Source: Polyangiaceae bacterium (GTDB taxonomy: Bacteria; Myxococcota_A; Polyangia; Polyangiales; Polyangiaceae). From it: a DNA stretch of 64,000 nucleotides. Positions within the stretch are counted from its first letter, which is position 1, and each line of letters starts with the position of its first letter. This document shows, piece by piece, positions 8,608 to 20,757 of the stretch. The translations under genes and the position numbers were made by a program. The stretch is from the NCBI GenBank assembly GCA_044376115.1, contig JBILLK010000041.1:1-64000 (forward strand). The letters are read 5' to 3'. A model generated the notes under the pieces. The model saw only the letters and a program-made list of their open reading frames with translations, did not search any database and was not told where the DNA came from.

Positions 8608-10271
8608 TGAAGTCCGGCGCGCTCTCCGAAGAACCGCTGCAAGGCCGCTATCTGCTGCAAGAGTTGGTGGCTCGCGGCGGGATGGGGGAGGTCTTTCGCG
8701 CGGTGGTGAGCGGGGCGAACGGCTTTGAAAAGCAGGTCGCCGTCAAACGCATTCTGCCCACGCGCTCGAGCCGGCCCGAAATGATCGAGCTGTTCGTCAA
8801 CGAGGCGAAGCTGATGACCAGCCTCTCGCATCCCAACGTGGTGGACGTGCTCGACTTCGGGAAGGCGGAGGACGGCTCGTACTTCCTCGTGCTCGAGTGG
8901 ATCGAGGGGCTCGATCTCGGTCGCTTCGTGGCGGCGATGCAAGAGCCGATGCCGTTCGACCTAGCGTGGACGATCGCGCGGGAGATGCTGCGCGGTCTGG
9001 CGTACGCGCACAGTCGAGGACGCGCGCAAGGCGGCCCGCTGGTGCACCGCGACATAAGCCCCGGTAACGTGCTGGTTTCGAACGTTGGGGAGGTAAAGCT
9101 GGCCGACTTTGGCGTGGCTTCCAGCGCTGGGGACGCGAAGGGCGTGCTGGTTGGCAAGCCGGGCTACATGGCGCCGGAGCAGTTGCAAGGGGGCGCGGTG
9201 GATGAGCGCGCGGATCTGTTCGCGGCGGGGGTGGTGCTCTTCTTCATGCTGACGAAGCGCTCGCCCTTTCGTGGGGACGGGGCGGCGGAGCGAATGCAGG
9301 CCACGCTCGCGGGGGAGGTGGTGGCGCTCGCTTCGCTGCGACCGGAGCTGCCAGCAACCCTGCAGACCTTCTTTGATACAGCATTAGCGGTCTCGCCCGA
9401 CTCGCGCTTCCAGACCGCCAAGGAGATGAGCGTTGCTCTGGATAATGCATTAAAAGCTGAGGCCATCGTTGCCTCCGCAGACAGCATCGCCAGCGCGGTG
9501 GCGCAGGCGCTGGAGAGCGCACCGGCTGCTCGCCCAGCTCCGATCGTGCTCGGTAGGGAGCTTGGGACGGTTGCTACGCGCATCACGCATAGCGCGACGG
9601 GATCAGCGTTTACGGTGAGCTATGCAGCTGAGCCGCTGCCCTCCACCATCACGGGCGGCCTGCAAGAGTTACCGCCGTCGCCGTCACCGTCCTTGGGCCC
9701 GTTGGCCTTGTCGGAGGAGGCCTTGAGCCCGCAAGCCGCGTTGCCCGAGGTAGAGCCGGCGCCAGCGCCTACCGCGAAACGCAGGCTCGCTCGCCCGCTG
9801 GCGCTCGTCGCGGCCGGGCTCCTTTCGCTGGGCGCAGCGGCGATCTTGTTGCGGCCTTCATCGCCGGCCGGCTCGCAAGCGAGCCCCGCGGCGGTCGCAA
9901 TCCGCGTTGACTCGAGCTTGCCACCTGCTGCGAGCGAGCGATCGCCCGCAAGCGCGGTGCTCTCGGCGGTCGCCCCAACAGAGCCAACTTCATCGGCAAA
10001 ACCGATCGGCACGCTGCCTTCGCGCAGCGCCTCGGCGACGTTGCTGCGTTCGGCCAGCGCGGCTGCGCCCGCGTGCAGCGGCAGTGTGATCTTTGCGGCG
10101 ACTCACGCCTGGCTGATCAGCGGTGGCCCGCAGCGGGTAGAGGCCCCGGGGCGCTATCAGTGGCCATGCGGGAGTTACGGGCTCACCGTGACGTCACGGC
10201 TCGACGGCAGCACGCGCAGTGCCGCTACCGTGATCAAAGAGGGCCAGGTCTCTCGGGTGGATCTGCGGTAG
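8604..10271 (+). CDS. Hanks-type Ser/Thr protein kinase with TM segment
   Basis: GGMGEV, AVKRI, HRDISPGN, DFG and APE motifs; TM helix then an extracellular tail. Confidence 0.95.
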   Translation: MMKSGALSEEPLQGRYLLQELVARGGMGEVFRAVVSGANGFEKQVAVKRILPTRSSRPEMIELFVNEAKLMTSLSHPNVVDVLDFGKAEDGSYFLVLEWIEGLDLGRFVAAMQEPMPFDLAWTIAREMLRGLAYAHSRGRAQGGPLVHRDISPGNVLVSNVGEVKLADFGVASSAGDAKGVLVGKPGYMAPEQLQGGAVDERADLFAAGVVLFFMLTKRSPFRGDGAAERMQATLAGEVVALASLRPELPATLQTFFDTALAVSPDSRFQTAKEMSVALDNALKAEAIVASADSIASAVAQALESAPAARPAPIVLGRELGTVATRITHSATGSAFTVSYAAEPLPSTITGGLQELPPSPSPSLGPLALSEEALSPQAALPEVEPAPAPTAKRRLARPLALVAAGLLSLGAAAILLRPSSPAGSQASPAAVAIRVDSSLPPAASERSPASAVLSAVAPTEPTSSAKPIGTLPSRSASATLLRSASAAAPACSGSVIFAATHAWLISGGPQRVEAPGRYQWPCGSYGLTVTSRLDGSTRSAATVIKEGQVSRVDLR

Positions 10272-10293
10272 TCCGTGGTAGCTTCGAGCCTGC

Positions 10294-11631
10294 ATGGTCG
10301 ATCACACCTGGACGATTCATTCGAGCGCGGCTGCCTATGAGACCCCGACGCTTTCGGTGCAGGTGATCGAGGGGCCCGACGCTGGCAAGCACGTGGAGGC
10401 CGCTGAGGGCGAGCTGTCGGTGGGGACGGCCGAAGGCTGCGGGCTCGTGCTCTCGGATAAGTCGGTATCGCGTTTTCACCTCGAGCTGCGTGCAACGCCG
10501 CGCGGTGTTTTGCTGCGTGATTTGGGCAGCACCAACGGTACCTACGTAGGCGCGCTGCGGGTGATGGAGGCCGTGCTCGAGGGGCCGGCGGAGCTGCGCG
10601 CAGGGCGCTCACGGATGCGCGTGGCCGTCACCACACGCAAGCCGATCGAGGTATCGACGGTGCCGGCCTTCGGCGCGCTGGTGGGCGGCTCGAGCGCGAT
10701 GCGGGCTGTGTTTGCGCGGCTGGCCAAAGTGGCTGGGACGCTCTCGACGGTGCTGCTGACCGGCGAGAGCGGGACGGGCAAGGAGCTCGCGGCGCGCGCG
10801 CTTCACGATAAGAGCTCGCGGAAGGATGGGCCGTTCGAGGTGGTGGACTGCGGGGGTCTGCCGCCGACGCTGATCGAGAGTGAGCTCTTTGGTCATACGC
10901 GCGGCGCCTTCACCGGGGCGAACGGCGATCGCGAGGGGGCGTTTCAACGCGCGGAGGGCGGTACGTTGTTCCTCGATGAGCTTGGTGAATTGCCGCTCGA
11001 GGTGCAACCCAAGTTGTTGCGCGCGCTGGGCGAGCGGGTGGTGCGGCCGATCGGGGCAAAGAACCAGGTGCCGGTGGATGTGCGGGTGGTGGCTGCCACC
11101 CATCGAGATTTGCGTGAGCGGGTGAACCAGGGGCTCTTTCGCGCGGACCTCTATTATCGATTAGCGGTGATTGAGCTGCGCTTGCCTCCGCTGCGCGACC
11201 GTCTCGAAGACCTGCCGCTTTTGTTGCCGACGCTGGTGGAGAAGCTGCAACGCGAGCGGGGCATCCAAGCGGCGGTCGATTTTGATGACCGTTTTATTGA
11301 GCTATTGGCCAAACATGATTGGCCGGGCAATGTGCGTGAGCTGCGCAACGTGATTGAGCAGTGGTTGGTGTTCGCTGAGCCGCCGGAGCTCGCGCCGAAG
11401 TTGGAAGCTCAGCCGGGCGCTTCGAACTCGGAGACCGCGTTTTTGCACCTCTTGGAGCTGCCGCTGCGACAGGCGAAGAACGAGGCGATCACAGCGTTCG
11501 AGCGCATCTACGTGGAGCGCCTGTTAGCGCGAACCAACGGCAACGTGGCCGAGGCAGCCCGGCTCTCCGGCGTGGACCGCGGCACGCTCTTTCGCATGTT
11601 CCGCCGGCACGGAGCCGGGACGAACGGTTAG
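10294..11631 (+). CDS. FHA-domain sigma54-dependent transcriptional activator
   Basis: SRFH...DLGSTNGT (FHA), GESGTGKE, ESELFGH.RGAFTGA, WPGNVREL, C-terminal HTH. Confidence 0.95.
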   Translation: MVDHTWTIHSSAAAYETPTLSVQVIEGPDAGKHVEAAEGELSVGTAEGCGLVLSDKSVSRFHLELRATPRGVLLRDLGSTNGTYVGALRVMEAVLEGPAELRAGRSRMRVAVTTRKPIEVSTVPAFGALVGGSSAMRAVFARLAKVAGTLSTVLLTGESGTGKELAARALHDKSSRKDGPFEVVDCGGLPPTLIESELFGHTRGAFTGANGDREGAFQRAEGGTLFLDELGELPLEVQPKLLRALGERVVRPIGAKNQVPVDVRVVAATHRDLRERVNQGLFRADLYYRLAVIELRLPPLRDRLEDLPLLLPTLVEKLQRERGIQAAVDFDDRFIELLAKHDWPGNVRELRNVIEQWLVFAEPPELAPKLEAQPGASNSETAFLHLLELPLRQAKNEAITAFERIYVERLLARTNGNVAEAARLSGVDRGTLFRMFRRHGAGTNG

Positions 11632-12788
11632 CAGCCCTCTCGCGGGCACAGCACCACGTCGCGCGAAGTCTCGGCCAGCACCGCCGCGGTGACGATGCCA
11701 CCGACTAGTGCAGCGCCGGCGAGCGGCCACACATACCACGGTATCCCGGCTTCGACCTCGACTGGGCCGCAAGGTTCGCCGAAGACGCGACACAAGGCGT
11801 CCTTCAGGCCCTCGGCCGAGAGATCGGCCGTGCCGAGCTCGCGCAGCCGCGCGCCCGAACCGCTATCATACAAGGTTAAGGCCAGACCACTGCCGGTGGC
11901 ATTGGCTAGTAAAAGCTCGTCTGCGCGCGACCACGCGGCCTCGGCCAACTGCCGTTCGAGCGCAGGAACTCCGTCTCCAACTTGCAAGAGTTGGACGCCC
12001 AACTCGGAGCGACGCGGCGGATCGAGCTCGATGTGGAGGGTCGCTGACGGTTGGAAGAATTTGGCCTGGGTGAGCGGCGCAAAACGAAAACGGCGCACGG
12101 TGATGAAGTGCTCACCCAGCCGCACCTCGGCCCGCAACGGCGTAACGCCGACCTGCTCGCGATCGTCGATCCACACGCTCGCGCCCGGTGGATCGGTCTC
12201 AACCAAGACTTCACCGCGCGGGCGCTTGAGCACCTCCTCGCGAACGGCCTTCAACGCCGCCTCGGCCTCCGCGCGAAAGAGCCCGGTCGGGAGCTCGGTC
12301 TCGAGCGCGAGCGTCGCCATCTCGAAGTGGGGGCGCGCGCTTGCGAGGCCGTCTGCCGTACCCGCATCCACGCTGGCCTGCACCAAACACACGCCGATCT
12401 GAAGATGCAGGTCGCGCAAGACCCGAATGTCGCCGAGCTCCTCGAGCAGCGCGCTCGACTCGGCTAGCCCGTCTCCGGCCACGCGGACGCACTCGGCCCA
12501 GTTCGCCTCTTCGGCGGCTGCGCGCGCAGTTTGCAGCGCTCGATGGACGTCGGTCAGACGCTGGGTGGGCAGCGGTGCTGCGGCTTTCGGCAGCGGCAAG
12601 GGCTCGACCAGGTTGCGCAAGGTAGCGGCCTGCGTCAGCAGCGTGTTGCGCACCTTCTCGTCGATGACCGAGTCGAGGACGACCATCGTTTGCAGGTCGC
12701 CTGCGAGCGCTTGCTGGGGCGCAAACGCACCCGAGGCGAGGAGGACGAGCGCTGCGGCCGTTCGAGTCACGTGATCACGATAGACCAA
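11628..12788 (-). CDS. PEGA-domain membrane/secreted protein
   Basis: Signal peptide; V.VETDPPGASVWIDD...G.TP.......GEH (PEGA); C-terminal PWYVW TM segment. Confidence 0.75.
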   Translation of the reverse strand: MVYRDHVTRTAAALVLLASGAFAPQQALAGDLQTMVVLDSVIDEKVRNTLLTQAATLRNLVEPLPLPKAAAPLPTQRLTDVHRALQTARAAAEEANWAECVRVAGDGLAESSALLEELGDIRVLRDLHLQIGVCLVQASVDAGTADGLASARPHFEMATLALETELPTGLFRAEAEAALKAVREEVLKRPRGEVLVETDPPGASVWIDDREQVGVTPLRAEVRLGEHFITVRRFRFAPLTQAKFFQPSATLHIELDPPRRSELGVQLLQVGDGVPALERQLAEAAWSRADELLLANATGSGLALTLYDSGSGARLRELGTADLSAEGLKDALCRVFGEPCGPVEVEAGIPWYVWPLAGAALVGGIVTAAVLAETSRDVVLCPREGC

Positions 12789-12848
12789 CCACCCGAAGTT
12801 CGATCTGGATCGTTCAGGGGCTGCGCGGAGCGCACAGGGGACGGCTCC

Positions 12849-15038
<2,190 letters not shown>

Positions 15039-15052
15039 CTAAGGGTTGAGAG

Positions 15053-15460
15053 GTGAAGTCGTTGTGCGTCGCTATCGGCTGGGGGCTCATTGGTTGTGGC
15101 GCCGCTACCTTTTACGAAGAGGCGCCGGACGAGGAGTCGCCCCGCGACTGGGTCGAAGGTCCTGCCAATGTGGTGCGGCCTGTCTACGCGCTCGAGGAAG
15201 ACATGTGTCCCGCGGCCATCGCTCGCACGCGAGCCGAGGTGCTGGTCGCGCTCGAGAATTCACTCGCCAACCGCCGCAACGCACAGGCTCGCTGTTTGGG
15301 CCGCCAGGCCAAGCTGCTGCTGACCTTGCAAACGACGGTGCTTGGGGGTTCGTTCGAGGGCCAGACAGCTGAAGGCGATGCGATCAGTATGCGGCTGGCC
15401 GAGAAAGGCTGTGTGGTCGCCCTGGAGCAGGTCTCGGCACGCGCTCGAGCGTGTGAGTAG
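15053..15460 (+). CDS. Hypothetical lipoprotein
   Basis: LIGC lipobox-like leader. Confidence 0.5.
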   Translation: MKSLCVAIGWGLIGCGAATFYEEAPDEESPRDWVEGPANVVRPVYALEEDMCPAAIARTRAEVLVALENSLANRRNAQARCLGRQAKLLLTLQTTVLGGSFEGQTAEGDAISMRLAEKGCVVALEQVSARARACE

Positions 15461-15484
15461 CGCGCGCCTGGGGCCTGTGATCCG

Positions 15485-16654
15485 CTATTGAAAGATCTGC
15501 GGCAGCTCGACCGGTGTTCCATTCGGAAGGGGCAGCGGTAGCGCTCCGCCGGCGGGCAAAGGAAAGCCGCCGCCGTTCGTGGGGAGCGGAAGGCCTGACG
15601 GCGCGGGCAAGGTGCCGAATGGCGTTTGCCAGCCGGGAGCGGCCGTGGGCGCGGTGCCTCCGCCGCTCGGCGCCGTGCCGGGTATGGGGAAGGGGAGGCC
15701 GGGGAAGTTGGGAAAGCCCGGCATGGCGGTCTGGCCAGCAGAGCCACCGTAGAGCTGTGAGATGGCCGCGCGGTCGAGCTGGGATAGGCCGTTACGTTGA
15801 CCAATGGGAGCGTTGGGGTCCCGCGGTAGGATGGTTGGCCGGCCCGACTTGCTGAAGGCGGTGCGGTCGTAATGCATGATGCTGGCGTAGTCATACGGGC
15901 CGATGTCTTGCGCCGAAGCACCGCGTTGCTCGAAGTTACCGCGGTGCGATTCCATGATTTCGTCCCACATGATGGTGACGAACTGATCACGATCCCCGCG
16001 GCTCTGCTCGTGATGGAAGCCAGCAGCGTGAAGCACCTCGTGCAAGATGCTGCCGCGCCCACACTCGTTGATGTTGATGGTCTGCGGCCCGCCGATGCGG
16101 CCGATGAAGGAGTGGCAGCCCGGCTCGTCGGCACGGAATACAACGTAATCGGTATCGCCAAAGCCCTTGGGGCGCAGGGTAATGCCGGCGCTCGCCGCTT
16201 CCTGAACCGCCCACTGAATGTCATTGACGGTGTCCCCAGGGATGGAGGACGCAATCTCGTAAGGGATGACGGCTTTGGGCCACAAGAAGTCGGTGTTCTT
16301 GATGGCGACGGCTCCCATCGCGTTGTTGTAGGTCGGGGCGCCGTAGCGGCCGAGCAGCTGCTCCGGCGGCCCCAGCAAGATGTCCCCCTCCATCACCGCC
16401 ATGCCGTTAACGACCTGGAAGCTCACCATCTGCGGCCCTGCAACGCCAGGCAAGTAAAGCTGGGCTTGCCCGAGTTGCGGCGATTCCCCCGCGAACTGCT
16501 CAGCGCCCGCGGCCGGCTGCTGCTGACAGCCAACCGCGCATAGACCAAGCGAAACAACCGTGATGACTCCGAACCCTCTCCCAACGCGCGATGCGCACAA
16601 TGACATAGTCACAGCGTAGCACCCCATTCCGCCGAAGGCGGATGCAGCAAACAA
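15485..16654 (-). CDS. Astacin-family (M12A) zinc metalloprotease
   Basis: EGDI prodomain motif, GC.S.IG, HEVLHAAGFHHEQSR.DRD, YDY.SIMHY Met-turn. Confidence 0.93.
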   Translation of the reverse strand: MFAASAFGGMGCYAVTMSLCASRVGRGFGVITVVSLGLCAVGCQQQPAAGAEQFAGESPQLGQAQLYLPGVAGPQMVSFQVVNGMAVMEGDILLGPPEQLLGRYGAPTYNNAMGAVAIKNTDFLWPKAVIPYEIASSIPGDTVNDIQWAVQEAASAGITLRPKGFGDTDYVVFRADEPGCHSFIGRIGGPQTININECGRGSILHEVLHAAGFHHEQSRGDRDQFVTIMWDEIMESHRGNFEQRGASAQDIGPYDYASIMHYDRTAFSKSGRPTILPRDPNAPIGQRNGLSQLDRAAISQLYGGSAGQTAMPGFPNFPGLPFPIPGTAPSGGGTAPTAAPGWQTPFGTLPAPSGLPLPTNGGGFPLPAGGALPLPLPNGTPVELPQIFQ

Positions 16655-16777
16655 AATGACTCGTGCCCCTCTTCGAGAGGAAACGGCCGGAGGCCCGATT
16701 GACCCATCGACTTGGCACGAGTCGTTGCGGGCTTCGCTCGTGCTGGCCTGTTAGCGATTGTGTTGGTCGCAGCGGGC

Positions 16778-17917
16778 TCAGAAATTGCCGGCGATGCTGT
16801 CGCAGTTGCCGGTGAAGACCTGGATGTCGCCGTCGAGCCCGTCCTCCAGCGCTTCGTCGATGCGGCTCTCGAAGGCGATCGGCGACTCGATGAAGCCGAG
16901 CATCTCGCACATCTCTTGATCGCCGAGGCCGTAGTGAATGACCTCGTCGCGAGGGTTCTCGAACTCACAGCCGAAGCGCAGCCCGCCGAGACCGGTCAGA
17001 TCGACCGGGGGATCATAGAGCTTGCCGCGGGCCTCCCCGTTGTAGCCGCTGATGTCGAGCAAACTCATGCCGTCATGCTTTCCGCCGCTGGCCTCGAAGA
17101 AGAAACGGGTGCCGAGCGAATGGGTGTGGGGCAACGCGTAGAAGAGCTTCAGTGGAAGCGGTTTCTGATTTTTCTCTTCGTACTCTTTACCGACCTCGCA
17201 GGTGCCGTGAAAGCGCGAGGAGGCGAGCGGAGGAATCGCCAGGCCGTGGTAGGTCATGTGGAAAGGCCGCAGACGCGAGCTGACCGAGGCCTCGGGGACC
17301 GCGTAGATGGCGAGGTTCGCCCGGCCGGTAACCTTCTCGTTGCTAGCGTTGATGATGTGGACGTCGCCGATGATGCGCGAACGCGCGGGGATCTTCACGG
17401 CGGCGCCGTCTGGGAACTTCTGCACCTCTTTGGTGGCTTGGGTGGATTGGGCGTAGAGCACGCCACCAACGATCGCTGCGGTGAGCTGGTCGTACTCGCG
17501 GTCGTCGCAGTTCCAAACGCCGTCGGGGCCGTCGAACTTGTCTTCGGGGACGAAGGTCCAATTGGAGTGATGGGAGGCTTGGTTCTGCGTGAGCTCGACC
17601 GCGTTGACCCAGAGGTCCTCGTCGTTGCCCAACGTCCAGCTTTGACACAGCCCCGAGATCTCCTCGCCGGGCTCGGCGGTGAACTCATCGAAGCTGTGCT
17701 TCCAAGCTTCGCCGGCGATGGGCACGCACTGGCCGGAGGCCTGAGCGTAGCTACCAACTGCGCAATCGACGCACTCGGCATCGGCACAACCCTTTTGGTT
17801 CTCCAGGCAGCTTGCGGCCTCTTCCGCGCTGCAGGCCTCGGGCTCGGGCGCCGCAGCTTCCTCACCACACGCCGCCAGCAGCAGACCAACCATCGATCCG
17901 AAGGGACGCTTGACCAT
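16778..17917 (-). CDS. Lipoprotein with copper monooxygenase (PHM/DBH-like) fold
   Basis: LLAAC lipobox; SHH, a further His (DVH), PHTH and EMC motifs in the order of PHM CuH/CuM ligands. Confidence 0.65.
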   Translation of the reverse strand: MVKRPFGSMVGLLLAACGEEAAAPEPEACSAEEAASCLENQKGCADAECVDCAVGSYAQASGQCVPIAGEAWKHSFDEFTAEPGEEISGLCQSWTLGNDEDLWVNAVELTQNQASHHSNWTFVPEDKFDGPDGVWNCDDREYDQLTAAIVGGVLYAQSTQATKEVQKFPDGAAVKIPARSRIIGDVHIINASNEKVTGRANLAIYAVPEASVSSRLRPFHMTYHGLAIPPLASSRFHGTCEVGKEYEEKNQKPLPLKLFYALPHTHSLGTRFFFEASGGKHDGMSLLDISGYNGEARGKLYDPPVDLTGLGGLRFGCEFENPRDEVIHYGLGDQEMCEMLGFIESPIAFESRIDEALEDGLDGDIQVFTGNCDSIAGNF

Positions 17918-18067
17918 CGGTCAATAGTAGCAAAGCTCAAGGCGGTCGTCGCGTGCTTTCTGCGACGCCGACGACAAAGGCCAGCTAACCTCAGGCCCAT
18001 GTTTCGAGGTCCACCTTCGGGTGGAACGGACCTCGCGCGCTCACGAGAAGGACGGCCGTAGGCTCCC

Positions 18068-20749
18068 ATGAACCTTCAATTCGGCACGAGTCACGCGGCA
18101 CCAAACGTCTCCTCGTTGGGCGCTGTTGCCTGCGGAGTGGGCAGCTGGCAGTCGGCGCGACACGGCGTTGGGCATTTCCTGGTCGTCAAGGCGACCTTTG
18201 GCTTAGTACCCGGGGTTTGCACCTTGGAGAACACGCCCGCGCCGTTGATCGAACGCGAGCTTTGGTCGGAGGGGCCGCAGCGAATGTTCCATGCCCCCAC
18301 CGATTTGACGCCGCCCAAACCGCGTGTGGACCTCGTGCTGATGGGGTCGGCGTACTCGGCTCGGCCGGTGCATCGCTTGGTGACGTACCTTTGTTTCGGC
18401 AGCTTCGAGAAGGCGGTGGAGGTCTGCGCAGACCGCTGGGTGGATCTCGATCAGACGTTGCAACAGGGGCCTGCGTTTACCCGCATGCCGATCTCTTGGG
18501 AGCGCGCGGCGGGCGGGCCGCATACGCACAATCCGGCGGGAAGGCGCGCCGAGCGAAGCAGCTCCGGCAAGCTGCACCTGCCCAACGTGCAGCCGCTCGC
18601 CACCGATCCGAGCGCGCCCGATTGGACGGTCGAACCGGCTGGATTTGGTCCGCTTGCCGCAGCGTGGCCGGTGCGCAAATCGCTGCTCGGGCACTACCCC
18701 GAGCCACAGTTTCATGGCGGTCAGCAGCCCGGCCTAGCCGACGACTTCAACTTCGCGTTCTTTCAAATCGCCCCTCGCGAGCAGCAACTCGACGGAGTCG
18801 ATCTCGAGGCGCCGCTCTATCTCGAGGGGTTACACCCGGCATTTCCCAAGCTCTCCACGCGCTTGCCTCGGGTCGTTCCGTACGCGGTGATGGAGCCCTC
18901 GGCGGCGACGCTCAACCTGCGCTTGGATACCATCGTCATCGACACCGACCGACAACAAGTGAGCGTACTTTGGCGCGCGGGGTTCTGGGCGCGCGAGCAC
19001 CAAGTGCAACGCCTGCTGGTGACGCTCGAGGCGGATACGTCCGCTGCGGCGGGCGGTCTCTCGGAGGAGACGGCGCGGCTCGAGATCCCGCTCGGTGCCA
19101 ATGCGACGGGGTTGCCCTTTGGTGGCGGTCAGCTGGGGAGCTCCGCGAATCAGCGTGGTCCAATAGCCGATAACTCAGGCACGCCCTTCGCCGCAGGGGC
19201 AGCTCGGGCTCAGTATGTAGAGCCGCCGCGGCCCAACGAGTCGACGCGAGAACTGGGCGCTGCGGCCCGCGCCGAGATCGGCGCCGCCGATGCAGAGGCG
19301 GCGCGACGCCCGGCTCCTCCGCCACCTCCAGCTCGGCCTTCGGTTACCGCTGCGCCGACCTCGAACCCACCCCAAACGGCGCGCCCTCCGGCGACGATGC
19401 CGCAGCCCGCCCCATCGCCCGCTCCTGCGCTCGCTTCACCACCATCCCCATCGCCTCCACTGCAACCGCCCATGCCGCAGCTCCCCCCCTTGCCACCGCT
19501 CTCGCAGCTTCCGCTCGCGTCTCCACTTCCAGCCTCCGCCGCGCCTGTCCAGGCCGCACCGCCAGCTCCGCTGCAACAAGCGCCTGTGCTCCCGCTACCG
19601 CCGGCGCCGGCTAGGCCGTCCGCGGTGCCGCCAGCGCCGCTCCCGGTGTCTCCGCAGCCTGCGTTGTCGGGGCTTGGATCATCGCTCTCTACGCCGCCTG
19701 TTCGTCCCCGAACCGTGCCTCCCGCTCCACCAGCGCCGGTCTTGGCGGGCGTGGTGCTGCAGCCTTCGCCGAGCGCCGCGTCGTCGCTTCCAACCATGGG
19801 TGCGGCCGCTGTGGGCGGCAGAGACTCGCTGCCGACCTTCATGCGTGACCGTACGCAGGAGGCGCCCCCGCGGGTGCAACTGGGACACGCCGCAGACGCA
19901 GCCAGCGGCGGCGCACTCAAGGCCAGCCAAGCGGCTGCAGACGCTCAACCCGAGCCGGTGAAGCGCGAGGCAGTGAAACGCGATCCCGAGCCCGAAGAGC
20001 GGCAAGCGACGGAGTTCCTGACGCTGCTGTGGGCGCATGGTGACGCTCCGACGCTCATGCCCCGGCGCGAGAAGCGCGCCGATGAGGAGTGGGTGCAGCG
20101 CAAAGGAGAGGCCCGTCCCGTCGGCGGTGAGAGCGACCGCGCCAAGGTCGCGCGGGCGCTGGCCCGAGCAACGCCGCACGACGCTGCGGGCTTGAAGAAG
20201 ACCATCATCAGCTCGGCGACCAGTGATGGCGTAGTGGACGACGTAATCGCTGCATGCCGCGGCGTATTGACGTTGGCGTTCGACCCGTTCGCTTTGCTCG
20301 AAGTGACGCTCGCGCTCGCCGAGCCTCACGCCGCGGTGGACCGGCGACTCAAAGAGACCGTCGATGCGGCTGCCTCGCTCAAAGAGGCGCACAAAGCGGT
20401 TCCGATGACCATGATCGAGAACGCCGTGCAACGTGTACGCGCAGCTTTTGTCGGCGCCTCTTCACGGCAAGTTCCGCCTGATTTTTTGCAGACCAACGCA
20501 GAACGATGGCTCGCGGAGGAGCGCAAGTATTGGAAGCGGATGTCACGCGGGGAGAGCTGCCTCATCGGCTCGCTCGCGCCGTTGACGGGCGGAGCTCCCA
20601 TCCCGATTCACCTGCCCGATGGCGCGGCGGACTTTCTGCCCGCCCACGCGAGTTTTGACGCCAAGATGTACGGCCGCGCGACGCTCCAGCTCGAGGGCGG
20701 GCATCCTGCTCAATTGTGGGTGCTCGCGTTGGCCACGGTGGCTTCCTAG
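18068..20749 (+). CDS. DUF2169-domain protein with long Pro-rich linker
   Basis: VVKATF, D.TPPKPRVD, MPISWERA.GG, P.GFGP....W..R, F.FFQ.AP..QQ, LDT..IDTD...V.VLWR. Confidence 0.8.
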   Translation: MNLQFGTSHAAPNVSSLGAVACGVGSWQSARHGVGHFLVVKATFGLVPGVCTLENTPAPLIERELWSEGPQRMFHAPTDLTPPKPRVDLVLMGSAYSARPVHRLVTYLCFGSFEKAVEVCADRWVDLDQTLQQGPAFTRMPISWERAAGGPHTHNPAGRRAERSSSGKLHLPNVQPLATDPSAPDWTVEPAGFGPLAAAWPVRKSLLGHYPEPQFHGGQQPGLADDFNFAFFQIAPREQQLDGVDLEAPLYLEGLHPAFPKLSTRLPRVVPYAVMEPSAATLNLRLDTIVIDTDRQQVSVLWRAGFWAREHQVQRLLVTLEADTSAAAGGLSEETARLEIPLGANATGLPFGGGQLGSSANQRGPIADNSGTPFAAGAARAQYVEPPRPNESTRELGAAARAEIGAADAEAARRPAPPPPPARPSVTAAPTSNPPQTARPPATMPQPAPSPAPALASPPSPSPPLQPPMPQLPPLPPLSQLPLASPLPASAAPVQAAPPAPLQQAPVLPLPPAPARPSAVPPAPLPVSPQPALSGLGSSLSTPPVRPRTVPPAPPAPVLAGVVLQPSPSAASSLPTMGAAAVGGRDSLPTFMRDRTQEAPPRVQLGHAADAASGGALKASQAAADAQPEPVKREAVKRDPEPEERQATEFLTLLWAHGDAPTLMPRREKRADEEWVQRKGEARPVGGESDRAKVARALARATPHDAAGLKKTIISSATSDGVVDDVIAACRGVLTLAFDPFALLEVTLALAEPHAAVDRRLKETVDAAASLKEAHKAVPMTMIENAVQRVRAAFVGASSRQVPPDFLQTNAERWLAEERKYWKRMSRGESCLIGSLAPLTGGAPIPIHLPDGAADFLPAHASFDAKMYGRATLQLEGGHPAQLWVLALATVAS

Positions 20750-20757
20750 GCGCGCAC

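Noticed and set aside
16712..16728. Sigma54 promoter TTGGCACGAGTCGTTGC
   Set aside because: GG-to-GC spacing is 11 nt rather than 10, and it points away from the adjacent minus-strand gene
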